From positions 1,170,001 to 1,202,000 of the forward strand of contig NZ_CP045650.1 of NCBI RefSeq assembly GCF_009557235.1: DNA of 32,000 bases, written 5' to 3'. The notes beneath the pieces were generated by a model. That model searched no databases and was not told the DNA's origin. It saw only the letters and a program-made list of their open reading frames with translations. Source of the DNA: Acinetobacter wanghuae. GTDB lineage: Bacteria; Pseudomonadota; Gammaproteobacteria; Pseudomonadales; Moraxellaceae. Position numbers and translations under genes: made by a program. Numbering within the stretch: position 1 is the first letter of the stretch; each line of letters opens with the position of its first letter. Below are positions 1-8,278 of the stretch, in pieces.

Positions 1-1250
1 TTCCAGGTGGCGTCAATTCTCCTGTACGTGCCTTCAACGGTGTTGGCGGAACCCCTGTGTTTATTGAAAAAGCACAAGGTGCATATCTATTTGATGTGGA
101 TGGCAAACGCTATGTCGATTATGTCGGTTCATGGGGACCGATGATTTTGGGTCATGCGCATCCTGCCATTATTAAAGCGGTTCAAGATGCTGCCGTAGAT
201 GGTTTAAGTTTTGGTGCGCCAACGGTACATGAAACCACACTTGCAGACATTATCTGCGACATCATGCCGTCAATTGAATTGGTGCGTATGACCAACTCAG
301 GTACAGAAGCCACCATGACTGCGATTCGCTTAGCACGTGGTTATACTGGTCGTGACAAGATCGTAAAATTTGAAGGTTGCTACCACGGTCACTCAGATTC
401 ATTGTTGGTCAAAGCGGGTTCAGGTTTGCTTACCAAAGGTGAGGGTGAAGCGACATCTGCGGGTGTGCCTGCTGATTTTGCAAAACATACCTTAACGCTT
501 CCATACAACGACATTGAAACTTTAAAAGAATGCTTTGCGAAATTTGGTTCTGAAATTGCAGGGGTGATTGTTGAACCTGTTGCAGGTAACATGAATTTGG
601 TTAAACCAATTGATGGTTTCTTACAAGCGATTCGTGATGTCTGTGATGAACATGGTTCAGTGTTTATCATTGATGAAGTGATGACTGGTTTCCGTGTTGG
701 TCTTGGCGGTGCACAGGCGCATTATGGCGTTACTCCTGATTTAACCACGTTGGGTAAAATCATTGGTGCAGGCTTACCGGTAGGTGCATTTGGTGGTAAG
801 CGTGAAGTGATGGAATGTATTGCACCGCTCGGTAATGTTTATCAAGCAGGCACATTGTCAGGTAATCCATTGGCTATGCGTGCCGGTATCGAGATGTTTA
901 AGCATCTACGTGCGGAAGGTTTCTATGAAAACCTCACTGCTAAACTTGCGACTTTGCTCGCAGGTTTAGAAGCTGCAGCGCGCGATGCAGGTGTAGCATT
1001 TAAGACTCAACAAGTCGGCGGTATGTTTGGTATTTACTTTACTGATCAAGATGACATTGCAAGCTTTGATTCAATGTTGAAGTGTGATGTTGAGGCTTTC
1101 CGTAAATTCTTCCACGGTATGCTTAAACGTGGTGTCAACCTTGCACCTTCTGCATTTGAAGCTGGCTTCTTCTCAGCAGCGCATTCGGATGAAGATATTG
1201 AATTTACCATTCAAGCTGCGAAAGAGACATTTGCTGAAATGAAAGGTTAA
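1..1250 (+). CDS. hemL: Glutamate-1-semialdehyde 2,1-aminomutase, 5-prime end outside the window
   Basis: Frame is open from nt 3. Translation [51 protein letters not shown] matches the conserved HemL N-terminal region, so the GTG at 57 in the ORF track is internal. Class-III aminotransferase layout continues to the TAA stop at 1248-1250. Confidence 0.95.
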   Translation, partial: PGGVNSPVRAFNGVGGTPVFIEKAQGAYLFDVDGKRYVDYVGSWGPMILGHAHPAIIKAVQDAAVDGLSFGAPTVHETTLADIICDIMPSIELVRMTNSGTEATMTAIRLARGYTGRDKIVKFEGCYHGHSDSLLVKAGSGLLTKGEGEATSAGVPADFAKHTLTLPYNDIETLKECFAKFGSEIAGVIVEPVAGNMNLVKPIDGFLQAIRDVCDEHGSVFIIDEVMTGFRVGLGGAQAHYGVTPDLTTLGKIIGAGLPVGAFGGKREVMECIAPLGNVYQAGTLSGNPLAMRAGIEMFKHLRAEGFYENLTAKLATLLAGLEAAARDAGVAFKTQQVGGMFGIYFTDQDDIASFDSMLKCDVEAFRKFFHGMLKRGVNLAPSAFEAGFFSAAHSDEDIEFTIQAAKETFAEMKG

Positions 1251-1265
1251 TAGACCTCTCCCAAA

Positions 1266-1290
1266 CCCTCTCCTAAAAGGAGAGGGCTTT
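1266..1290 (+). terminator. Hairpin after hemL (CCCTCTCC-TAAAA-GGAGAGGG, then CTTT)
   Basis: Perfect 8-bp GC-rich stem at 1266-1273/1279-1286, 16 nt after the hemL stop. The following T tract is short. A partial extra half-site CCTCTCCC lies just upstream, which looks REP-like. Confidence 0.5.
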
Positions 1291-1397
1291 CATAAATCAA
1301 ATAGACACTAAAGTTTAAAGATTTTTTACTTTTTCTTGCCTCATATATGGTTCAGGGTTAGGGGTGATTTAATTTTTATTTTTGAGGGGAAATATAA

Positions 1398-1814
1398 ATG
1401 CAAACCAAATCATATTTAACGCTTTCAGATGCAGAATTTTTATTAGATACAGCACATCAATATGCGATAGAACATAACTTTAATGTCAGCATTGCTGTCG
1501 TCGATGATACAGGCAATTTGCTTGCGATGAAGCGTATGGATGGGGCTTCACCCATGACGGCTAACCTGTGTTTAGAAAAAGCCAAATGTTCTGCGATGAG
1601 TCGCCGTCCTTCAAAGTTGTTTGAAGACTTGATTAAAGGCGGTCAAATGGGCTTTTTAACCATGGATTCTTTCGCAGGTATGCTTGAAGGTGGTGAGCCA
1701 ATCATGTTTGAAGAGCATTTGGTTGGTGCGATGGGTGTATCTGGAGTGAAGTCATTTCAGGATGCAGAGATTGCACAGCAGGCGATTGAGAAGTTTTTAG
1801 CTCAGATAAAATGA
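1398..1814 (+). CDS. GlcG/HbpS-like (DUF336) putative haem-binding protein
   Basis: 138 aa. The pattern L..A..LLD.A...A.E....VSIAVVD..GNLLA..RMDGA plus a C-terminal GAMGVSG motif is typical of the GlcG/DUF336 family. GAGGGG Shine-Dalgarno 8 nt before the ATG. Confidence 0.7.
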   Translation: MQTKSYLTLSDAEFLLDTAHQYAIEHNFNVSIAVVDDTGNLLAMKRMDGASPMTANLCLEKAKCSAMSRRPSKLFEDLIKGGQMGFLTMDSFAGMLEGGEPIMFEEHLVGAMGVSGVKSFQDAEIAQQAIEKFLAQIK

Positions 1815-2109
1815 GTGGATATTAAAGTTAGCTTTAGCTTTTAGGTACGTTTATAAAAAAGAGATCTAGCCATAATCAAATTTGATGTGAAACTTGAAAG
1901 ATCAATGAAAAAACCAAATTGGGTGTGATTAGTCTTTTTATTCCATGATAAAGCTATGATTAAAAAGAAAATTAAAATAATTAATATAACGTGTATTATG
2001 TTAATTTTAGTAAAAATTAATTTTTAAATGCGAAAGAAACAGTGATCGCTCGTAAACACTAGCTCAACTCTTATCTATAGCTATAAAAAATGATTTTTAA
2101 GGGGGCTTT

Positions 2110-2940
2110 ATGAATGTCGATTTATTAAATTTACAAATGGTATGTGTTCATGTTGTGAACAGCTACTCTAAGTCTGAAACAGGTTTCGGCTCTTACAAAA
2201 TTCCAGATATTAGATGCTCAAAACCGTTAATTTATAATGTTAAAAGAAACGATCAACTAGTTTTTTTACAGAGGATGTTAGATTTAAAAATTGATAATAA
2301 AGAGATCAATTTATCACTTCCTAATGAGATCGGACTATCATTGAATATATTTACTAAAGCTAGAGATGAAGCTGGAAATCTACTAGAAAAACTTAAAAAA
2401 GATATGGAGGAGAATAAAGATTTTTATAATGAAAATGTCTCGTTATTTTATGACTATATTGAAAAAATACAAATAGCATCTGTTTTTTCTTATAAAGCAG
2501 TTGAAGCATTTTGCAATGCCACAATCCCTAATGACTTCGTTTATAAAAAAACAAACTCAAAAGGTATTCAAGAAATCTATGAAATTTCTCAAATTGAAAA
2601 ATGGATACCAACTTCAGAAAAACTCACTGAAATTATTCCAAATATTTTGAATTGTGAATCACCTAAGCAAATCAAGTATTGGCCAATGTTTAAAGAGTTA
2701 GAAACCCTTAGAAATGAAATTATTCATTCAAAAAAGAGAAATAGCATTGAAAATACAAAGAAAATGTTATCAAAGAACATATTAGATATTCTTAATTCGA
2801 GCATTTATATTCTTAACCACTTTATTCAAAACGATATATCTAATGAGGTTTTTCCATTAGGTTTTTTAGATAACAAGTGGCGAATCTATGAAATTGATGA
2901 CCCGAAGAAAATTTTTGAGTGGATTCATTGCGCAGAGTGA
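2110..2940 (+). CDS. Hypothetical protein with HEPN-like Rx4H (RNEIIH) motif in a low-GC islet
   Basis: 276-aa ORF with a strong AAGGGGG Shine-Dalgarno 5 nt before the ATG. Codons are almost all A/T-ending. R201-N-E-I-I-H206 is encoded at nt 2710-2727 within a predicted helical C-terminal half. No housekeeping family is recognisable by eye. Confidence 0.7.
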   Translation: MNVDLLNLQMVCVHVVNSYSKSETGFGSYKIPDIRCSKPLIYNVKRNDQLVFLQRMLDLKIDNKEINLSLPNEIGLSLNIFTKARDEAGNLLEKLKKDMEENKDFYNENVSLFYDYIEKIQIASVFSYKAVEAFCNATIPNDFVYKKTNSKGIQEIYEISQIEKWIPTSEKLTEIIPNILNCESPKQIKYWPMFKELETLRNEIIHSKKRNSIENTKKMLSKNILDILNSSIYILNHFIQNDISNEVFPLGFLDNKWRIYEIDDPKKIFEWIHCAE

Positions 2941-3059
2941 ATTTTAGTGCCTCAGATACTCCTCTTTTGCTTATTTTAGTTTTAACATTTTAGTCTTTAT
3001 TTGGCTAAATCACCCTATTTTTAAGTATAGCCGCATTAATCAACTCTAGGCATATTTAT

Positions 3060-3099
3060 AACATAATGATGATTAGACGAAATGAATCGTCATTATGTT
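3060..3099. repeat. Inverted repeat / hairpin with a 15-bp stem
   Basis: AACATAATGATGATT (3060-3074) pairs with AATCGTCATTATGTT (3085-3099), with one G-T wobble and a 10-nt loop. No T tract follows. It lies between the islet gene and the next CDS. Confidence 0.6.
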
Positions 3100-3188
3100 A
3101 CAAGCATAAGCTCATGGATAGAACTTACCTTTTAATTTGATCTCAGCTAGCATAGCTCTAATTTCCACATATCAGAAAATCATCTCCC

Positions 3189-3896
3189 ATGCTGTATCCC
3201 ATGCCTAAAAAAATCCAACTCGCACCCTCCCAAGCGAAATGGCAACTATCAACAACTGACTCAGTTTTAGTATTAGTTGGATTACAAAACCTTCGTGCGG
3301 AATCAAGCATTCAAGACTCAGATCTGATGAACAACCTCGTTCAACTGACCAATCGCGCTAAGACTTTAAATATTCCTATTGTAGATTTGTATGGCGATGA
3401 CCTCATGCAAGGTATGCAACAACTTGGTGAATATGTCTCAACCCATCCACAACTGATGATTGCAGGGCAGATTAGCCCAATGCTGAAACAAATCTTGCCA
3501 CATATCAGTAGTGTGACGGATCAAATCTGTCTTATTGATGATGCAATTTTAATGGCAAATCAAGAACAACATATTCAATGGATCGATAACAATACCGCAC
3601 AAGGTATTCATCATATGAATGCTTATAGCCTGATGCGTTTATGGAATCTGAATGCACCATCACATTATATCTTGTCGACCAAAGGCATCATGCTTGCGGT
3701 GGCAGAAGCCATTGAAATGGATGCATTAGAAATTGATCCTTACGTGAGTTTAAACAGCTATGGACTCGATTCAGTAGCGATTGTGAGCTTGGTTGGACTA
3801 TGGCGTGCGCATGGTGCGAATATCAGCTACGAAGATGTCTTAACCCACAACACATTGCATGAATTGGTCAGCCTGATACTGCAATCGGCTGCCTAA
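3189..3896 (+). CDS. EntB-like protein: degenerate isochorismatase-like N-domain fused to an aryl/peptidyl carrier domain
   Basis: The C-terminal LNSYGLDSVAIVSLVGLWRAHGANISYEDVL..NTL.ELV parallels the EntB ArCP segment IDYGLDSVRMMALAARWRKVHGDIDFVMLAKNPTI, with the phosphopantetheinyl Ser in GLDS. The N-terminal KWQLSTTDSVLVLVGLQN parallels EntB KVDWAFEPQRAALLIHDMQ. The start codon has no clear Shine-Dalgarno; an alternative ATG is at 3201. Confidence 0.6.
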   Translation: MLYPMPKKIQLAPSQAKWQLSTTDSVLVLVGLQNLRAESSIQDSDLMNNLVQLTNRAKTLNIPIVDLYGDDLMQGMQQLGEYVSTHPQLMIAGQISPMLKQILPHISSVTDQICLIDDAILMANQEQHIQWIDNNTAQGIHHMNAYSLMRLWNLNAPSHYILSTKGIMLAVAEAIEMDALEIDPYVSLNSYGLDSVAIVSLVGLWRAHGANISYEDVLTHNTLHELVSLILQSAA

Positions 3897-4030
3897 ATAA
3901 GACTATATTGAAAATTTTTTTAGGCAAAATCGGAAATTCCATCGGCATTTACATAAATGTACATTGTAATTATGGCTCAAGCTTTCTATCATTGCCGCCT
4001 TGTTTTTCGCGATCAGTCTGGGATTGAACT

Positions 4031-4675
4031 TTGAGTAATTTTCTAACCGAACATCTGATATATCGTGATGACGACTTTATGGTGGTGCATAAACCAGCAG
4101 GGTTGCTCACGGTTCCCGGTAAAACAGAAGATTTACAAGATTGCATGATCAATCGTTTATTGGCAATCGAGCCGAAAACGTTACTGATCCACCGCTTAGA
4201 TCGTGATACTTCAGGTATTTTGGTGTTTGGCTTAAGCAAAGCAGGTCAAAAATCCATTTCTCGCCAATTCCAAGAACGTCAGACGGATAAAACCTATCAG
4301 GCACTTGTGGTGGGTACACTTGAAGGCGGAGGCACAGTCGATGTTCCTGTCATCTACGATCCAAGCCGTCCTCCGCTGCATATTGCAGAACCTACGCATA
4401 ACAAGCCCGCGCTCACGCATTGGCAAGCCATTGAGCATCTTGAAATTCAAGGTCAGGCTGTAACACGGGTCAAATTGACACCGATTACAGGTCGTTCACA
4501 TCAGCTTCGCGTCCATATGCAGTACTTAGGTCATCCGATTGTGGGTGATACTTTGTATGCTTCTCCCAAAGACCAAGCCTTGATGCCGCGATTGTGTTTA
4601 CATGCAGAACGCTTGAGTTTTCAACATCCCATTTCAAATGAGGCTGTGGAATACCATTATTCGGTCCCATTCTAG
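4031..4675 (+). CDS. rluA: RluA-family 23S rRNA/tRNA pseudouridine synthase
   Basis: Motifs HKPAGLLTVPG, HRLDRDTSG (catalytic Asp) and PITGRSHQLRVHMQYLGHPIVGD..YASP....PRLCLHAE closely follow E. coli RluA. It is adjacent to rapA, as in the enterobacterial rapA-rluA cluster. TTG start as given in the ORF track. Confidence 0.85.
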   Translation: MSNFLTEHLIYRDDDFMVVHKPAGLLTVPGKTEDLQDCMINRLLAIEPKTLLIHRLDRDTSGILVFGLSKAGQKSISRQFQERQTDKTYQALVVGTLEGGGTVDVPVIYDPSRPPLHIAEPTHNKPALTHWQAIEHLEIQGQAVTRVKLTPITGRSHQLRVHMQYLGHPIVGDTLYASPKDQALMPRLCLHAERLSFQHPISNEAVEYHYSVPF

Positions 4676-4817
4676 AAAAACATTTTTGAATCGTCGTGAA
4701 TTATGCTCACTTTTGGTGGGCTTTGTGTCAAAATATATTGCTTAAAGGTGCGGAATTTTGCTCAAATGAGAAGTTCTTTTTGAGCACGATATTCGCAATC
4801 TTATTCTTAAGATAAAG

Positions 4818-7655
4818 GTGGAAAAATTGCAGCAGTTTGCTATTGGTCAACGTTGGTTATCAGATACAGAAACAGAGCTCGGTTTAGGGGTTCTCATTGA
4901 TGTAGATGAACGCTCGGTCAGCATTTTATTTCCAAAAAGCGATGAAACCCGTGTGTATGCACGTAACAATGCACCTTTATCTCGTATTGTGTTTAATCCA
5001 AAAGACGAATTACAAGATCAAGAAGGCACCAAGTGGATTGTAGAGTCAACTGAAGACCGCAATGGCGTGGTGCGTTATAACGTGATTCGTACCCTAGAAG
5101 ATGGGACAGAAGAACGTAAAGCGTTAAATGAAACCCGTATTGGGGCAAGCATTCAGCTGTCAAAACCGCTTGATCGTTTAATGGCAAGCCAAGTCGACTA
5201 CAAAGAATGGTACGACTTACGTATTGAAGCAATGCTCATGCAAGCCAATATGCACAGTAGCCCGCTACGTGGTTTAGTCGGTTCGCGTGTGGGTCTGATT
5301 CCACACCAATTGTATATTGCACATGAAGTCGGTCAACGTTTTGCACCGCGTGTATTGCTTGCCGATGAAGTAGGTTTAGGTAAAACCATTGAAGCTGGTT
5401 TGATCATGCATCAACAGCTCAAAACCGGTCGTTCAGAACGTATTTTGATTTTGGTACCAGATTCGCTGCAATATCAGTGGATGATTGAAATGCGCCGTCG
5501 TTTTAATCTTGAATTCTCACTGTTCGATTTGACTCGTACTGCATCCATTAAAGAACATGATCCAGATTTAAATCCATTCTCAACCGAACAACGCATTATC
5601 GCATCTGTTGATTTAATGATTGACCATGATGATTTACGCGATCAAGCCTTAGAAGCCGGCTTCGATTTATTGGTTGTCGACGAAGCGCATCATTTGATGT
5701 GGTCTGAAGAAGATGGCGGTAATGATCGTTACGACTTGGTGGAAGAGCTAGCTGAAAAAACACCGGGTGTATTGTTACTCACTGCAACGCCTGAACAGTT
5801 GGGTGTGGAATCACACTTTGCCCGTTTACGTTTGCTCGATCCGCAACGCTTTAGCTCGCTGGATCGTTTCTTGGATGAAGAAACGCAATATCAACACACA
5901 GCACAAATTGCTGAAGTGTTAATGTCGGATTTACCGCTTGAAGAAGCGCATATTGATGCGATTCAGGTGCTATTGGGTCAACGTATCGAAGATACGCCTG
6001 AGCAACGTTTCCGTGCCATTCATGAGCTCTTAGACCGTCATGGTACAGGTCGTATCTTGTTCCGTAACACCCGTGAAGCGATTCAAGGCTTCCCAGGACG
6101 TGATTGTCAGCCTGCACCACTTCCTGCACCTGCAAATTGGTCAATGGACGGCAAGCTACGTGAACAAATGTGGCCTGAAGAAGCACAATTAGATGGCGCT
6201 TGGATGGAAACAGATCCACGTGTTATGTGGTTGATGGAACGTTTACGTACTGATTTAAAACACAAGAAAGTGTTATTGATTGCGCGTAGTGGTCCTGTGG
6301 TTGAAGCTCTAGAAAATGTACTTCGTTTACATGCGGGTGTGCGTACTGCCATGTTCCATGAAGGCATGAGCTTATTGGAACGTGACCAAGCGGCAGCGTA
6401 TTTCGCTGAAGATTCATATGGCGCACAAATTTTACTCTGTTCTGAAATTGGTTCGGAAGGGCGTAACTTCCAGTTTGCTTCTGATTTAATTTTATTTGAC
6501 TTACCGTCAAACCCAGATGTGTTAGAGCAACGTATTGGTCGTTTGGACCGTATTGGTCAAGAAAATCGTATTCAGATTCATGTGCCGTATTTAATTGGTA
6601 CAGCACAAGAACGTATGTTCCGTTGGTATAATGAAGCATTGAATATCTTCGGTAATATTTCACCGACTGCGCAAACTTTGCAAGAAAACTTCATCATGGA
6701 CTTAAAAGGCTGCTTACTCGCCGATAAAGGTCAAGAATTTGAAGACTTGTTAGAAGCGGTGAGCGTGCAACGTGAAGCTTTAGAGGCTGAATTACAGTCA
6801 GGTCGGGATCGTTTGCTTGAATACAATTCTTGTCGTCCAATCGTGGCACAAGAAATTGTCACTGCGCTTGAAGACTATGATGACAATACGACGTTGCCCA
6901 TGTTTATGAAGCGCTTTATGGCGTCGACGAATATTGATTTTGATGAGCAAAGCAACGGTACGGTGATCATTAAACCAACCGATCAGATGCAAGTTCAAGG
7001 TTTAACCCTCGATGAAGAGGGGATGACCGCGACTTTCTATCGAGATCAAGCGCAAATCCGTGAAGATGCACAGTACTTAACCCTTGAGCATCCGTTCACT
7101 GAAAGCGTCATGGAAATGATCAATACGCAAGGCTTTGGTAGCACAAACGTAGCACTGTTAAAATCTGCGGCACTGCCTCAAGGCTCGTTGTTACTTGAAG
7201 TCTGGTTTAAAGTAGATGTAGTTGCACCGAAAGCATTGAACTTACCGTCAAGCTTGCCACAACAATTGGTTCGCGTGTTGCTCAGTGAAAAAGGTCAGGA
7301 TTTATCGCAAAAAATTGCACCTGAAATTTTGAAACCGTATTTACATCATTTAGATGGCAATAGCTGCCGCCAAGTGGTGAAAGCACGCCGCGATGTGATT
7401 GAAGCGCGTTATCATCAAGCATTAGAGTTGGCACGTGCGGCATTACCAAACTTCAAGCAACAAGCCAAAGAAGTCTATGGTAATAAATTCCAATACGAAA
7501 TTGACCGTTTAACTTACTTAAAACAGTTCAATCCAAGTATTCGTGAAGATGAAATTGCGCGTTTGCAAAAATTGCAAAAAGAAGGTTTAGGTTTACTCGA
7601 TGGTTTATCGGTAACACCTGAAGCGATTCAAGTCATGGTGGTGGTGAAACCATAA
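4818..7655 (+). CDS. rapA: RNA polymerase-associated Swi2/Snf2 ATPase RapA (HepA)
   Basis: N-terminus FAIGQRWLSDTETELGLGVLI matches E. coli RapA FTLGQRWISDTESELGLG. Helicase motifs LLADEVGLGKTIEAG and DEAHHL are present. The in-frame TTG at 4827 lies 5 nt after an AAGGTGG Shine-Dalgarno and may be the real start rather than the GTG at 4818. Confidence 0.95.
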   Translation: MEKLQQFAIGQRWLSDTETELGLGVLIDVDERSVSILFPKSDETRVYARNNAPLSRIVFNPKDELQDQEGTKWIVESTEDRNGVVRYNVIRTLEDGTEERKALNETRIGASIQLSKPLDRLMASQVDYKEWYDLRIEAMLMQANMHSSPLRGLVGSRVGLIPHQLYIAHEVGQRFAPRVLLADEVGLGKTIEAGLIMHQQLKTGRSERILILVPDSLQYQWMIEMRRRFNLEFSLFDLTRTASIKEHDPDLNPFSTEQRIIASVDLMIDHDDLRDQALEAGFDLLVVDEAHHLMWSEEDGGNDRYDLVEELAEKTPGVLLLTATPEQLGVESHFARLRLLDPQRFSSLDRFLDEETQYQHTAQIAEVLMSDLPLEEAHIDAIQVLLGQRIEDTPEQRFRAIHELLDRHGTGRILFRNTREAIQGFPGRDCQPAPLPAPANWSMDGKLREQMWPEEAQLDGAWMETDPRVMWLMERLRTDLKHKKVLLIARSGPVVEALENVLRLHAGVRTAMFHEGMSLLERDQAAAYFAEDSYGAQILLCSEIGSEGRNFQFASDLILFDLPSNPDVLEQRIGRLDRIGQENRIQIHVPYLIGTAQERMFRWYNEALNIFGNISPTAQTLQENFIMDLKGCLLADKGQEFEDLLEAVSVQREALEAELQSGRDRLLEYNSCRPIVAQEIVTALEDYDDNTTLPMFMKRFMASTNIDFDEQSNGTVIIKPTDQMQVQGLTLDEEGMTATFYRDQAQIREDAQYLTLEHPFTESVMEMINTQGFGSTNVALLKSAALPQGSLLLEVWFKVDVVAPKALNLPSSLPQQLVRVLLSEKGQDLSQKIAPEILKPYLHHLDGNSCRQVVKARRDVIEARYHQALELARAALPNFKQQAKEVYGNKFQYEIDRLTYLKQFNPSIREDEIARLQKLQKEGLGLLDGLSVTPEAIQVMVVVKP

Positions 7656-7734
7656 TTTATATCGCATCTTCTTTCAGCCTTTGGGCGAAATAAAAAGAAG
7701 GTATGACGTATAAAAGAAGTTCTCTTTCACGCAT

Positions 7735-7765
7735 AAAAAAAGCAGCTTTCGAGCTGCTTTTTTTA
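7735..7765. terminator. Bidirectional rho-independent terminator
   Basis: A7-AGCAGCT-TTCG-AGCTGCT-T7 lies between convergent rapA and the 7782-8066 gene. Confidence 0.85.
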
Positions 7766-7781
7766 TTGATAACGTCGTTTG

Positions 7782-8066
7782 TTAAGCAATAAACTTTTCA
7801 AAAGCTTGCCAAATTTTTTCCGCTGCTTTTTTTGCAGCTTGTTCGCCACGTTGCTTGTTGAATTCGGCTTGTTCAATGGCAAGTAACAGTTCTGCTAAAC
7901 GTTCTTCACTCGCTGCATCTTCAAAATTATCTAAAATAATGTCGAGATAATCATCGTATTCATCATGCAGCTTGGCATTTTTAGCAATGCCTTTTGGGTC
8001 CCAGACTTGAATGAGGGCTTGGCGAATATCTTCAATAAACTGATCTGCACGTGGATCTTCACTCAT
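7782..8066 (-). CDS. Small, highly acidic hypothetical protein (94 aa)
   Basis: AAGGA Shine-Dalgarno 7 nt upstream of the ATG, and a terminator immediately downstream. About 22 Asp/Glu against about 12 Lys/Arg; predicted all-helical. No family recognised. Confidence 0.6.
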   Translation of the reverse strand: MSEDPRADQFIEDIRQALIQVWDPKGIAKNAKLHDEYDDYLDIILDNFEDAASEERLAELLLAIEQAEFNKQRGEQAAKKAAEKIWQAFEKFIA

Positions 8067-8235
8067 GGCAATGTCCTTAAAATATCATTGTGCTTATGAT
8101 GCCTGAATTTAAAGATAAATCCATGTGCTTATGACGCATATCGTTTTAAGCAGTCATTTAAAGTGCAGTCTTCAACCGTTATATCGATATTGCATCATCT
8201 GATCCTCTTTTTTATGCGCTATAGATGGATGAGCC

Positions 8236-8258
8236 AAAAAAAGGATGCATAAGCATCC
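8236..8258 (-). terminator. Rho-independent terminator of the TetR/FabR gene
   Basis: GGATGC-ATAA-GCATCC hairpin (8243-8258) with an A7 run on the plus strand, which gives a U tract on the minus-strand transcript. It lies 20 nt beyond the stop codon. Confidence 0.75.
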
Positions 8259-8278
8259 TATTTCAGTATTGGTTGAGG

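Noticed and set aside
1995-3099. The 9-nt direct repeat ATTATGTTA (1995-2003 and 3091-3099) as att-like boundaries of the low-GC islet
   Set aside because: A 9-mer made only of A/T/G in two ~300-nt AT-rich spacers is expected by chance. There is no integrase or longer flanking identity.
4759-4786. Hairpin TGCTCAAA-N12-TTTGAGCA between rluA and rapA as a terminator or attenuator
   Set aside because: It is an 8-bp A/T-rich stem with a 12-nt loop and no following U tract. It is too weak to call and may be incidental.
389-7000. Antisense or alternate-frame ORFs inside hemL and rapA (389-670, 4993-5232, 5851-6219, 6107-6367, 6223-6663, 6798-6998)
   Set aside because: They are fully nested within strongly supported genes. 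They have no start context and compositionally odd products.
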